In this document: positions 37,986 to 52,128 of the stretch, one piece after another
Numbering within the stretch: the first letter of the stretch is position 1
How the letters are laid out: each line of letters opens with the position of its first letter
From: Octopus vulgaris
Taxonomy: Eukaryota
Length of the DNA stretch: 64,000 bases
Direction of reading: 5' to 3'
NCBI GenBank assembly: GCA_951406725.2
Contig: OX597814.1
Span: 204,104,001 to 204,168,000, forward strand
Position numbers and translations under genes: made by a program
The notes under the pieces: model-generated
Databases searched by the model: none
Told to the model about the DNA's origin: nothing
The model's input: only the letters and a program-made list of their open reading frames with translations

Positions 37986-39019
37986 ACACACAAAATAATG
38001 GCAAAGTATTTAACTGACCACAAGGACAAACATACTCTAATAACAATGTACGTATGAAATTGTTTTTAGAGCATATAATATTACTGAAGAATACACAAAT
38101 TATATAGAATAACCTGACTGCTATCACAACGGATATTGCCAACTCATATTACATAACAAAAATGTCATATGACATTACTTAGGGCTAATACAGTTACCTG
38201 TTGGTTACTGCATTGCTTGATTTGCTTGCAGCATTTAACAGTTGCACTCAAAATGCCCTAATGTGACTGAGGATATTCAGTGTTCCTTCGGAAACTAAAA
38301 ACCAGACAAGGTTATATAACACCACCAGATTCGATTCGTTCAGTCAGTTGTTCTATTTTAACACTGTCCCTCTGAATTTGAAACTATGCTGCCAAGCCAT
38401 TCTGTAATGAATTATAGATAACGTAAATACGATATAGCTTAACGACAAGTTTAGCTGTTACGTCTTAATGTTACTAATAGTTAGCATCTCACACAACTAA
38501 GTTTTATGACATTAGTTAATTAGGAAGTAAATTACCTCCTCCCCCTCTCCCTCCTGGTGAGCTCCAATGTGTGTTTATGGCAAATCAATTGCAACAAGAT
38601 AAACAGTTATATTAGACTAATTGTCTTGCCACAAGCTATCATACAGTTATTCTTACCACTAACAAGATCTAGAGAACATATTTAAGTCATTTAACAGAAG
38701 AAGCAGAATTCAATCCATAGATACACTGCTTACATCTTACACTGGCAGTCTGTATATATTACAAATATATTGACATTGGTATTAGTTATTGGTGTATTTT
38801 TGCAAGAGGTCAGAGTTTAAATCTACTTGGTGCACAATGATACTCCTTGATTCAGTGCATGTTGTGTAGCCCAGTTCATGTGTGTGTATGTATTTATGAA
38901 TATATGTGGGTATGTACATGCATGTGTACATATAAGCATGTCTATACAGTTTTACATTCATATTTGTGTGTGTGCACACGTGCGCATGTGAGTATATACA
39001 CACACACAGTTTTACAGCC

Positions 39020-39320
39020 ATTCTTCCATGCCAGCATGAGTTAAACAAATACACATTATCAAGGCATTGTTTTACAACTGAGTGCCCTTCCTATCACTAA
39101 CCCTTGCCTGTTCTTCAAGTAAGGGATATCTTATTCCATATTTTTGAAAGCACAATACCAATGGACAACCTGTTGATTGGGGAAATAAATGGACTTTTTT
39201 CAGTTTCCATCTCCCAAATCCACTCACAAGATTTTGGTTTACTAAGAGCCACAGTAGAAGATTATAGAGTCCACACAGTGTGACTGAACTTGTACTTAAC
39301 CACATAGCTATGCCCGCACA
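39020..39320 (-). mobile_element. Composite SINE relic
   Basis: TTCCATGCCAGCATG...GTGCCCTTCC...TTTCAGTTTCCATCTCCCAAATCCACTCACAAG...CTTAACCACATAGC. Confidence 0.6.
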
Positions 39321-39404
39321 TTTTTATTATTTGAATAGAAAATCAAAAATAAAACAAAATAACATTTGAGAACAGAGAATGATAGTTTATCATAGCTAAT
39401 TTTT

Positions 39405-39600
39405 AAACTCTTGAAACCAACCAACCAAGTCTGGTTTTAGGATACAAGCTTCCCATTTGAAAGAGATCTGAATTTGAACCTTCCAGCAAAATTTTATGTC
39501 AATTCATATTCCAAACAAGATTTAATAAAGTTATTTTACTAAATTCTTCGTTATATTTCAAAATTAACTGAAATGGAAGCAGAAATATGGTAACAAAGGG
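39405..39600. mobile_element. Diverged piggyBac MITE copy
   Basis: AAGTTATTTTACTAAATTCTTCGTTATATTTCAAAATTAACTGAAA...AATATGGTAACAAAGGG, as in 19064-19278. Confidence 0.6.
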
Positions 39601-39607
39601 ATCAAAC

Positions 39608-39839
39608 CAGTCGTTTTCAACCAGTTTTTGCCCTTTGATGGACTTTCATAACTATTTGATGCTTAAAAATTCTTAGATTTTTATAAATATTCGGAATTGC
39701 ATAAAAATATAGTCAAAATATTTTTACGTACTGACCCTTGATGGCCCAGATAAGATTTAGCTGTTAAAAATTATATGCAATAAATTGATAACTTTTAACA
39801 ACTAAATCTTATATGGAACCCAAAGGTTGAGAACCATTT
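39608..39839. mobile_element. hAT-type MITE
   Basis: CAGTCGTTTTCAACC ... GGTTGAGAACCATT; imperfect 8-bp TSD GATCAAAC / GGTTAAAC. Confidence 0.6.
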
Positions 39840-42800
39840 GGTTAAACAATAAGTGTAACTAAGGAATGCCAACTTAAGCAAACAACAGCAATGAAATATT
39901 TCAATTCTCACCCTACAAGGTTTACATTGAACAAATTACGAGAAAAAAATAAAACCCATAACTACATTGATAATGCATATAAGTTTGGATTATTTACATA
40001 TCAGGTCATGCCTTATAATATACTAGCCAATAACTTGGTGAGATAATGATAATAACTTAAACATTTAAATATATTGATTTGGAGAAATATTAATAAGTCC
40101 AACAGTAGCAGTTTTGTGAGTATATATTAGGTCTAAATCATTTATAGTATAAATGACTTTGGAGATGGGGTGCAATCTTTTATTCCCTTCCAGTTTACAC
40201 TTAATTGTTCTGGAAAGAAGATGTAAATTTAACTCGTATATTTATGTCAAAATTAGGAGAAAGAAGGGTATCTATCAGGGAAAGCAAAGTCATTAGATAA
40301 AAAGAGCAATATATATTTGTTTGTACAGTCAAGAGTCACAACATTTATTTAAATTATATTAATAAATAAAATATACAGCTACATAATTTTATGCACTAAA
40401 GAATATTGATTAATCTCTTCTAGTGGAAGGCTTTTATTGAGTTATCGAGTCTTTATAGTTTTATAGTTAATACTTTAAGATCCAGCTGGTAGAATGTTCA
40501 AGCTATTTTAAGCAAAAGCACTGGAACCCACAATTATACAACTCACATTATCACTTATTTAACTATTCCTCCCTTTTTCTTAACCCTGTCACAAATCCCT
40601 TGCATCTCCTGTTACCGATTATACTCCCTCCATCCTCTCCTCTTACCATCCTTCAACATTCTTTAGAATCACCTATTCTCTCATTCGTTCTCCCTTGTTA
40701 AAGCAGCCACTTTAAGACACTTAGCCTTGCATGTTATGAGGCAATCATCACTAATGCTGGTGCACGGGGAAAAAGTATCCAGTACACACTCTAAAGTGAT
40801 TGTCATTAGAAAGAGCATTCAGCCATAGAAACCCTGCCAAAGTAGACATTGGAGCACAACACAGTCTTCTGACACATCAGACCATGCCAACATGGAAGAT
40901 AGATGCTAAATGATGATGAGTTACACATAATAGCCCTAAGAGCAGTGACCACCACCACTGGTGTACATAGTTGAAGACATCAAACTCAATATTTGACTGA
41001 TGCTTAATTTTAATGACCGCTCTCCTTCCAATATCAATAAAAATCAAAATGCAAAGAGAGCTTTTATTGCAAATATATTAAGAACTTCAAGAAGAATGTT
41101 ATTTACATCAATTTTATAGTAACCTTAACCTTTCCCTTCACAGAAGTATACTTTTACATCTTTTAGGTCAATTTCAGGATTATTTTTATTCAGTTTCTTC
41201 TTTTTTCTTTTTCTCAACATCCTGTTATAAATTAATGGGTGATTTCCCATTAGTCATTATAGCACACAGGGTAACACTTTACGATTATTATTCTACAGCA
41301 AAGTTGGATACTTTATACTAATACTCATAGTCCTCTTCACTAACATCCATTATTTCAACAGTAAATTTGGCTTCATAACTTTTAACATTGATTATCAGAC
41401 AAAAAGGAGTGTTTTCTGTCATACAGTGGTTGTGAGTTTATTGATTTCATGTTTGTGTGTGTGTAGAAGAGAAAGAATGGAGTGTAAGATTTATCTTATA
41501 TATATACATATATTGCTTAAGCATTGCAATAATAAGCTGGTATAAACTCAATATACATACACCTCTGAATGAAGCATTACTCAAGTATGGAGCAGTCATA
41601 AGAAAAGAAATGTAATTGTAATCGTTTAAATGTTGAGAGAAGGTTAAAATGACTGGGAAAAAGTTCATCTAAACAAAACAAGTTTTAAGAACTGTAAACT
41701 AAACAAAACAAAAAAGAAAAGAAAAAGTTGTTTTGCATGGTTCATTTGGTTGATTCCTGCAAGGGAAACAATACAAGAATTCATTCAGAGATTTAAATCT
41801 TCAGTATTGATATGCGTGACTAAACAATTTAGATGTAATGCTGTTGTTAATGAGATTAAAGTAGAACAAGACTTCAATGAGAGACAGAGGAGGCTAGGAT
41901 AGATTTTATCAGGGACTATTAAAGACAAAGCTAATTAGAAAACCTATGTTAACCGAAGTGAAGAACAGCAACAGGGAAACATGTGCCGACCAAATTTCCA
42001 CTGGAGAGAGAGAGAGGGGTGGTACTATGTCTGTGAACAGCATAAAACAGTCGGAGAGGAAGGTATGGAATGAAGAATGTATATATATATTCGGAAAGGT
42101 TGGATGAAGGGTGTATGTTATAGAATGCCGGTTGACAAGAGGAGGAAAGTGACTAGGCTGAGCTAAGCTAGCTAGCAAGCTTTAACAGGGGAGGATGAAA
42201 TAACCATACATCATCAACTGTTTAACGCGAAGAAGAGGAAAGAAGCAAAGAAAAGACAGCATTAAAAGAAAAATTCTGAAACTGATGCAGTGGAATAGAT
42301 GAAGCAATCAGTAAAACTGCAACATTTAAATCAACCAGCCTCTCAAGCTGAGTAAGCTAACTACACACATACAATATATACATACATGTGTGTGTGTGTG
42401 TGTATACACACACCGGCCGGTGAAGACATGTCTGGGGAAGAGAGAGAGAGAGCATTCGTAACAGCAAAATACATCACACATTTTTATATATATTTCATTT
42501 TTGTTACAGACTGCAGGCCTGCAGGTTTACTTTAGAAAATAATTTTTTTAAATCGGGTTTTTAATGTATTAAGAATGTAATGAAAAATAATAAACAATTG
42601 TGTAGACCTTTCAATATTGGTGTTATAGAAATATGTTGCCTGCAGGGGTTAGTTACTGAAACGGCAGTAGTAACAAGTGTAGATTTAGAGATAAGCAAGT
42701 TCTAAAGAGGAAAGAAGGCTTTGTGTTCGCCCATCGCCACAGTATGTAAGGTTTTAAACAAATTCCTTTATTTTATTTACTTTTTTTTTTTTTTTGCCGG

Positions 42801-43054
42801 CTTCCCATGTTGGAAATGTCAAGTTACTAAAATCTTTGAGCTTCAACAATTTCAATGTGTCCGATTTTTGATGCAATAATTGTTCAACCCTTTACAAAAG
42901 TAAATAAGTGGAAGCGATCTTATCTCTCTCACACATGCACAATATATATGAGTGAGAAGCATTTAACTAAGAAAACACTGCATTTTATAGCAGAAACAGC
43001 TGTGAGCTAATGAAGTTCATTCTAATTTCTTATTACTTTTTTTATTCATAGTAA

Positions 43055-43058
<4 letters not shown>

Positions 43059-43145
<87 letters not shown>
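43059..43145. repeat. (CT)n(AT)n compound microsatellite
   Basis: Direct reading. Confidence 0.95.
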
Positions 43146-43148
<3 letters not shown>

Positions 43149-45462
43149 ACAGCTATTTTCTTGCCATTTAGCTTTCGAAATTAACCATTTTAGATCAGAC
43201 TATTTGGTTTTTAAAACGTCCAGAGACATTTTAAAATTTGCGAAATGGGTAAAAATAAGAGATAATGATTCAATTTGTTGTTTTGAAAGTTAGGAAAACT
43301 GGAGAAACCGTTTACAAGTGTTTGAATGCCACATGTCGCAATGAGCGCTGCCATCTTTATTGTAATTGGCAACATTGAGTGGTTTAATAATAGAATAAGG
43401 AGGAGAAAAAGGAACTTGGGGGCTGGGAAAGAACAGAGTAGAATTTCTATGATTTCGGCACATCACACATTAAGAGGATGATTCGATAGAATTCAGGCAA
43501 CAAATTCACCGACAGAATTCCAAAGGAAACTTAAAATTATAGGCGTGTGTATGTGTGTGTGTGTGTTGGTATTTTGTATATGCATGGCTATTGTGATTCA
43601 TCCAATTTATGTAGAACAGACAACAGAAATGTCAGCTCTACACGTTATGAAGAAAGGTGAGCAATGAATACTTTTTTCAAACATAGTCGTGAAAAATCAA
43701 CAGAAATAAACATACAATATATGGGAAAACCTGAAACAGAGAGAGAGGGAGCACGTATTCAAAACACTGCCATGTACCTAGACAACCCAGAAACCAAATA
43801 ATGTTCTGTGTGTGTGTGTCAGCTGTAGCAGTGAGGGGTGAAAGCCAGTGTGCCGCGTCAACAGTTCTTCACATAACGCAAAGACAATTCGGGAATCTTT
43901 TATGTAAACGAAATGAAGAACTGAAACTATTGCAGAAAAGCAACAGTTTGAGAAATTCCACCTGCTTAGCATTCAGTTCTTACAAACAGTGTGTGTGTGT
44001 GCGCGCGCGCGCAGGTGCGTAAGGGTGTACATGAGTACATACATACATATATGTGTGTGAGTGTGTGTAAAGTTGTCAAATCTTTATGTAAACAACAATC
44101 ACTGGTACAAGAAAGAGGCCACATCGAAACGATATGCTACATTTACTACATTCACAAATAAATCAACGTTTTTACACGAGTGACTGAGATCAATTAAAAG
44201 AGTTAATTGCCGTTTTATTGTATATTTTATAGATACAAAACAGCAACACACACCTTAGAGGGATTCCACGCGTGTTTTGTAAATAATATTTTATGAGCCA
44301 ATGAGGTAACTAACCTCTCATTATTAAGACTGATTGAACTAAATTACCAAATTATATTTTCTAAACAAAACAATACTTAATTTTTAAAAATATTCGGATA
44401 TTCCGTTATGTCGTTTCTATGCGGTTCTTTGTTTTATAAGGAGAGTGTTGTTTAGTGGAACATTCGACAAGTTTATTCGAATACATGTGTGTATGTGCGG
44501 ACAGAGACAGACAGACGAAACAATAATTATTATCTACATAATATATTTAGGATTATTCTTTACCTTTCGGTCCTTTGTTACAGAACATTCAAGATATACA
44601 TTCATTGAGTAGGGTGATATGAAGGATAGATAGGTCAAAGGGAAAAAATATGCCAGCACATGGCAGATGCACAATAAACACACGTGTAACATCAATATTA
44701 TAAGGGGTAAAAATAATAAAGCCAGAAAACATTCAGTTTTGGTTAACTCTATAGCTCGAAAGTATTTTCTTCACTAAATAAATGGCACTTCACAATTAAA
44801 TGTTGAAATATAATTTATTAATAAACCATAAGAGATGGAAACTTCAAATCGCTTAAGCACAGAAACATGAAACTATTTTGGTTTACTTTTTTCTTTATAA
44901 ACAGAGACAACTTCAACATATTTACATGAAATGGAAAGAAAACAGAAGGAAAGGTTAATGTTTCAAAATAAATGTTTACTCCGGGTTAGCTTTGACTAAG
45001 AAAACACTAATTATAAGGTATTCCAACCATGACCATTCTAACGTTGTAAAACGGTAGGATGTGACTTGTGGGGAGGAGTGGAGTTCAGGTAGAGCGGCCA
45101 CATCGATGTTCAACCAGTGTGTTATCAACAAGAGGTACTTTCTAGGGACGAAACTCGGAAAGTCCAACACATTAAACCAAGAGCAAACAGAAAACAAATA
45201 GCTAAATTGAAAAACTGCCAATTTTAATCGATATATATATACCAGCAACGATAGCATAATTAACAAAGAGTATACATATAGTACGATATAGAGGATGAAT
45301 ATTATTACTTTTCTGAGTAAGTTTCGTGCGAAACAGATGGATGTGAAATCGAATGAAGCTTGAAGTCTTAGAAAAAGTACTAATATTTAACTATTGAATA
45401 TATTCATTCCATCCTCTATAAAACGTATTGAATACTCTCGTATTTGTTAGTTAAACAAATTA

Positions 45463-45808
<346 letters not shown>

Positions 45809-46505
45809 TAGATGCACACATACACTCACTGAAGTAGACATAGAAATGCTCACAGTGACAGGAAGCAAACACTAAGAATGTGAAACCCAGCAAATATGTT
45901 ACACTTGAGTCACTCGGCATTCATAAGGATGAGGTGAGGAGAAGCTGACTGAAAGGGGTGGATGGAAATTATCGATCTGGGAGCAGGCGGGCTGCATGAA
46001 AGAAGAAAAAATGATTAAGCAAGTTTGTAACGAGCATGTTGAGTAAGAAATCACCCTGACCCTTACATTATTGACGAATACGAAAGGGAATTTGGGTGTG
46101 CAGTGTGTTTTTTGGTGATCCTTGTTGCTTAGAAAATTCCTTAAAAGTGAATTTGTGAAGGCGAAATCAGAGATGACACTCATATAAACAGACACACCGT
46201 ATGCATAGATGCCTTACTACCAACCACCACACAATTTGTATACTATGAAGACGGGTAGTGGGTTGTGAATGGAATGCAGCGTGAAATCGAACTTCTATAT
46301 CTTCTCAGTTACAATTGCAACACTCTGCACTAACGTTCAGAGAGAAATAGCTATCAACCGGGATTAATTTAATAGGAAACCGCCACATCTCCACCATGAT
46401 GTTGGAAGGAGGTGAAAGAAAAAATTAGCAGAAAAGTGTGATTTAAGCCATTTAAAATAATTAATGCACAATAACCTGATCGTGGTGTTTATTGTAATTA
46501 CTTAC

Positions 46506-46601
46506 CTGGGCAACAAGAGGCACCAGAGTGTGTTCCACCGACTTGGTGCGTATCTCCAAAGGCAGCTTAGATTCCGACTTCGGCTGCGCAAGACCAGCCA
46601 T
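46506..46601 (-). CDS. CTNNAL1: First coding exon of an alpha-catulin (alpha-catenin/vinculin family) gene; intron 1 extends leftward
   Basis: ATG in cacaacaaaATGG context, 32 codons MAGLAQPKSESKLPLEIRTKSVEHTLVPLVAQ, then a canonical phase-0 donor CAG|GTAAGT. LEIRTKSVEHTLVPLVAQ resembles the alpha-catulin N-terminus as recalled (LEIKTRSVEQTLLPLVSQ) more than alpha-catenin (LEIRTLAVERLLEPLVTQ). No exon 2 recognised in the window. Confidence 0.85.
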
Positions 46602-47291
46602 TTTGTTGTGCTGCTGCCTGGCTCCAACGGTGGAGGGAGGCGACGGCGAGAGAGGAGGGAGGGAGAGAGAACGATATAAAAAAAATGAAGATAGGCAGGG
46701 AGAAGCAGGAAGAATATGTATAATGACTCGAGGGGAGGGGGAAGAGAGAGAGAGCGGTGATAACGTAGCAATAAAAGAAGACACTCGGGAGAGAGAAGAG
46801 AAAGTCAGAGAGAGGAAAGAGAGTAAGCGAAAGAAGGAGGAGAAAGAAAGATCATATAATCACAGAGAGAGGAATAAAGTGAGAGAGAGAAAGAGAGAAC
46901 GTGGAGGGGAGGAGAATGTGGCAGAGAGAAGAGAGGAAGAGAAAAAAAAGAACAGATGAAGTCACAGAGAAAGAGAGAAATGTAGTAAAGAATTGGAAAG
47001 GAAGTTGAAAGAGAAATTGATGAAAGGAAAGAAGGAAGCGGGAATAGCGAGACGATGAAAGAGGAAGACAGGAAGAGAAATAAAAAGGAATTGAAGCAGA
47101 GAGAGAGAGAGAGAGAGACTGAGATAATAAGTCATTGGATGAAGAGATAGAAAAAGAGTGAAAGAGTAGAGAATGAATGACTGGGGTTAGAAAGGGTAAA
47201 GGTTGAACAAAGTAAAGGAAGCGGCGAGTGAGATTTAGAATGAAATCAAATCGATTCAAATCTTGTTTTTATTATTTTACATGATATATAT

Positions 47292-47336
<45 letters not shown>

Positions 47337-47456
47337 ATTTATTGTTAATAAGGATAGAGAGAAGTTGACGAATAAATGAGAGATTGCAGGAGCATTGTCG
47401 TTAGTAGTAGTAAAACAACGAATGACAATGTAGGGTTCTGATCACTTTACACACAA

Positions 47457-47515
<59 letters not shown>

Positions 47516-47905
47516 TCTTCGTTAAATCTCACTCTTTTCAAATACTTTTTCTTCTTGCGCTCTCGTTCATTATTTTACCTTTAAATTTCTCTCACTTCCA
47601 AACCTCTCTCTCTCTCTCTCTCTCTCTTCTTAATTTTAGACCTTTTTTTTTTCTCCGGTTCTCCCCACTTTTTCAGGTTATTTTTTGCTCTTCTCTCCCC
47701 ATTTTATTCGATTTACTTTTTATTCTGCTTTCTAAATTTTTCTCTTTTTCTTTTCTTACCGTGTTGCTCTCTCTCTCTTTCCCTCTCTCTCTTTCTCTCT
47801 CCCTCTCTCTCTCTTTCTCTACTTTTCTCTTTCTGTGCGTGCGAAAGTGCGTGTGAGTAATTTCTACACCGTTGTTTTCGCCCTCACTTTTTCTTTCTCT
47901 CTCAT
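46602..47905 (-). promoter_or_regulatory. Putative 5' UTR/promoter of the alpha-catulin-like gene with polypurine/polypyrimidine and (GA)n tracts
   Basis: Directly upstream of the ATG; CpG-richer than the window average, no recognisable TE, many (GA)n/(CT)n runs. TSS cannot be placed. Confidence 0.5.
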
Positions 47906-48336
47906 TCACTCCTTATACAATAACACATAACACACATGAAAGGTGCAACAGACACCTGAGGTGTAACGAGAGATAAAGTGCATAAATGCAACCAAAGGCC
48001 CCTTACTGCAAGTGAAATATAGAATGCTGCGCGTCGTTTTATCATTAGTTGACAACGTTTAACGCTCTCAAACAACAACAGCAAGCACATTGCATCCAAT
48101 GTCCCCGTTGTTTGCTCTCAGTTGCAAGTGTTCTCATTGACACAGCAGCTGCAATAAAACTTGCAACGGTAATAAAGCACGTTCACATTTCATACAAACT
48201 GACTCTTCTTGCTGGTAGATTCAAACTATAAATTTCATGATTCAGTTGGCTTTAAAGAAAGGAAAACTCTTAAAGTAATCTCTACACAAAATATTCTGTA
48301 ACAAATTTTTTATCTTGACTTCTCCCGGCCTCCCCC

Positions 48337-48372
<36 letters not shown>

Positions 48373-48390
48373 TGCGCTTTCCCGCCCCTT

Positions 48391-48428
<38 letters not shown>

Positions 48429-49153
48429 GCACGCACGTTCTCACGCTTTTTACACATACCAATACATCCATAACTTTATACAAACGTATGTAAACGTGCG
48501 TGTATATAAATTTACGTATATCCATGTACACGGGGATGATATATATATATATATATTGGTATTTTTATATAAGCTTAAAGCTTATGGCGATCACCGCGCA
48601 ATGGCTAATAAAGGGGCATATAAGCCCTCCACAGAAAAAAGAAGGCTTTCTTGCACCGAAAGTATGTGTATGCATGTGTGTTTGTATGTATGCATGTATG
48701 TATGCATGTATGTATGTGTGTATGTATGTATATATGTGTGTGCGTGTGTGAGTATATATAAATGAATGTGTGTTTATGTATGTATGCATGTATACATAGA
48801 TAGAGAGAGAGAGAAACATTCAGACAGATAGATACAGACAGACAGACATACATACATTACATACATAAATGAGCCTACAAAGCAAGAACTTCATATGATC
48901 CATCCCACTCCAATATGTGCACTCAGAAAGGGGATTCATATTGATATAAACAATCCTGATTACAATATCCATAAAGTACATAAAATGATTAAACAACAAG
49001 AGGCACACATGGTAAATTTAGTTAATAATCCATGTCCTTATGATTGTTTCAATGGTTTTGACATAACCATTGAAACGATCATAAGGATATGATCTATGAA
49101 TTACAACTACCTTGTTTTTTTTTGCTTGTCACATAATCATTGTAATATAGATA

Positions 49154-49187
<34 letters not shown>

Positions 49188-49499
49188 TGTACATAATGTA
49201 CATATATAATGTAGTTGTCAGTTATGACTGGTGAGAAAGTTAACAATGATTTCACACCTATTATGCTCTCAGCAACATCAACAACTTATCAGATCTGCTA
49301 GCTGGAGGCACATAGATCCTTTTACTAATAGAGGTAGGAATACAGTTTTGGTCAGCCAAGGTTGTGAAAAAAAAAACCTGAAATGAAATTCTTCAAAGTG
49401 AAACCCCTTCTCTGTGAGATGGAGTTATTGTCCTTTGACCAGTTCCAATGGTATCCAAAAAGGGTCAGTTTATATACAATTTCCATTCACTAGTCAGTA

Positions 49500-50400
49500 G
49501 ACAGCGAATTCTATGTCTCCAGCATAAATTTTCTTTCGTGGGGACACCAACTAAACAGCTTTTAGAATTTAAGAAGCCCCCCCCCGCCCCAGGTCAAGCA
49601 AATTTTTCAGGATCCTTGCCTTCCTGATCAAGTAAAGTTTACATCATCTGCTTCCTTTAAGATATAGTCCCAGTTGTTCCAGGAGCTTCCAGTTCATACC
49701 GTATGGCACTACCCTCTTCTTTTAAACACCATATGCAGTTGGCCAAAGACATACCATTGCACTTCTCTGGGATCCTAAAAGTGGACCTTTGGTTATTTAG
49801 TCACTGCTTAAAGGGGCCCTCTCTTATTCCAACATATTTCCGTGTGTCCTTATGTTATTGGTACTGCTACTGTTGTTGTTCTTGCTTCTATTGCTGTTGT
49901 TGCTACTGTTACTGCTGAATACATCACTGGTGCTACTGTTGTTGTTGTTGTTGTTTCTGCTGCTTTCACTGCTGTTACTGCTGGACACCACCTCTTCCAC
50001 ATAGACCTTGGCCTTGAAGTTGTATTGGCATCTACTGGGCACTCACTGTTCGCCCTACATGAGCATCCTACCTCTGTACAGGGTTTAGAGGCATTCACTA
50101 AAATCTTTTCAACACTGGGTCACAGCTGAATGAGACCCTTAAGTTGTGTCTATTAAATAATCGTCCATATCTATGGGGTTGTGTGAAATTCTTGTCCACT
50201 AATCTAAGAAAGATCCTAGAACACTCAATACCATAGTACAGATTAATAATACATTTTGGTCAAGTCCTTCTACTGCTACTCTAAATTTCACCCATGGGTC
50301 TTCAGGCAAGTTATGAATGGAAAAAATTATGGAATTTGCACATCTATATGTAGGATTCCTATCATAGAATAAAAGAAGAACCATCAATATTCCCAATTTT
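49500..50400 (-). mobile_element. Penelope-like retroelement 3' fragment (linker + GIY-YIG endonuclease) with upstream pLTR
   Basis: Minus-strand frames give RIFLRLVDKNFTQPHRYGRLFNRHNLRVSFSC, CSCRANSECPVD, YNFKAKV, TRKYVGIREGPFKQ, SLANCIWCLK, WKLL, CPHERKFML; hammerhead motif at 50273-50309. Confidence 0.85.
50273..50309 (-). ncRNA. Minimal type I hammerhead motif in Penelope pLTR
   Basis: TTGC-CTGAAGA-CCCATGGGT-GAAA-TTTAGA-GTA-GCAG; stem I TTGC/GCAG, palindromic stem II, GUA triplet. Confidence 0.6.
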
Positions 50401-51514
50401 CTATAATGCTTTTATTTTTTATATTATTCTATTTGAGTTTTTCTATGACTATCACTGCAACTGCCACCAACTTGCCTATTGATCATCTCTCTACCACTGT
50501 TGCTAAAATTTCTTTTTCAATATTTTTCAGTATTTTTTCAATACCTTTTACAACATTTTTCTGTGTATGTCTTTATTTTATTTCTATATTATTTTTATAT
50601 CCTTAAGATCATTATCATCATCATTTATTTATTTATTTAATGTGCTAGGTACTTTTATGTGGCACTGCATAAGTGCCTTTATGTGGAACCAGCACAAGTG
50701 CTTTTTATGTGACACTGACACAAGACTCTTGCTAGCTAATCCTCTTTGAAAGGAGGAGCATCCTTAACACTTCTGCCGTGGTGTCCAATATTCACAATTT
50801 TCTAAATATTTATTCCCTAAGTTTTTTTTATTGAAAAACATTTTATTAACAACATATTTTTCAAGAAGGAAAGAAATGGGGAAAAAAAACCCATTAAAAG
50901 TACAAAAGATTAAATTACTGAGGAAAAAAAAACACTATAACTACCTCACCAAGGAAACAAAGAAAAAGAAGGGGGAATTAAGCAGCAGAAGATAGGCAAA
51001 GAGGGAATAACTGGTTATACACCCCAGAATAAATGGTATGTTTGGACACACTTTGCAGACATGATTGCAAAGGCAGTGCCACAGAGAATGGCCACAAACA
51101 CTCACTGCAACAGTCACCCCACCTCACAGGACTCATTTCTCTTTCATTTGATTTCTTCTCTTAGTATTATGACAATCACCACAAACTCACCTTTCTGCCA
51201 ATGACCATCCTTCTGAATCAGTACCCCTGTTATTGAAATTCCCTTCTATTCATTTTTATCATGTCATTTTATATATTTTTTTTATTCATTTATCTATTTC
51301 TACTCCTAAATGTCACAGTTTCCAAGGCTCATTCATCAATTCATCTGCTATATTTTCTATTGAAGATTTCCACTGAATTCTATGGCTATTCTAATGCCTC
51401 TCCACCCTACTTTATCCACCCCTCCCCATCAAAACATGTCCTTCCTTTTCTCTTCTTCTTACTTCCTTTTTTATCTTTACTTTCACTTTTTTCTTTTCTT
51501 CAGCTTCCTTTCCT

Positions 51515-51737
51515 TCTATATATATATAAAACTGAAGTTGTTTGTGTGTGGCAGGTTTGGAAGCCTTCAACTAATACTATCTCCTCTGAGACTCTGCAGC
51601 GCAAGTTGACCAAAATTGACAGTATGATAGAAGAAGGCTTGCTCTTCATTCCATAGAAGAAAAAATTGAAATTGGACCAGGTTAAGACCAAAAATTATTT
51701 AAGAACAAACCCAAGCAACGCCGGGCTATACTGCTAG
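51515..51737 (+). mobile_element. Non-autonomous Helitron
   Basis: 5' TC(TA)n start; subterminal hairpin CCCAAGCAACGCCGGG (about 51710-51725); 3' CTAG followed by T. Confidence 0.75.
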
Positions 51738-51744
51738 TATATAT

Positions 51745-52128
51745 ATAAATGAAACAAAAATGCAATAGAGGACATTAAAACATTTGCCATGCTTGAACAA
51801 TTGTAAAGATACAAAGACAGACAACAAAAACAACAATTAGAAGGACAGGCAAAAAAAAAGACAGGTCATTCGTGGCTTTCTTTCCTCAGTCAAGTTCCAG
51901 AAGTCATGACCATTTCGGGCAGATACACTTGAGATAGTTCGATCTGGTTGCCCCCAAAAAAGTCTAAGCTAAGAGCATTAGATCCCTTTGTAAGAAAGCT
52001 AGCGAATTTGTATGGCAGCAAAGTCAAAAAAACAAACACACAAAAGAAAATTGAGAACATGGTACACAATTACGAAAACAAACAACAAGAAATAACAACA
52101 GGTGTCTTTCAACTGAGAACGAATTTAT
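51745..52128. repeat. About 370-bp repeat, copy 1
   Basis: Highly similar to 52640-53005 (e.g. CCATTTCGGGCAGATACACTTGAGATAGTTCGATCTGGTTGCCCCC identical). Confidence 0.85.

Noticed and set aside
46461-46784. 107-aa ORF as the full exon
   Set aside because: The 5' part is low-complexity UTR and the 3' part reads through the GTAAGT donor; only 46601-46506 is supported.
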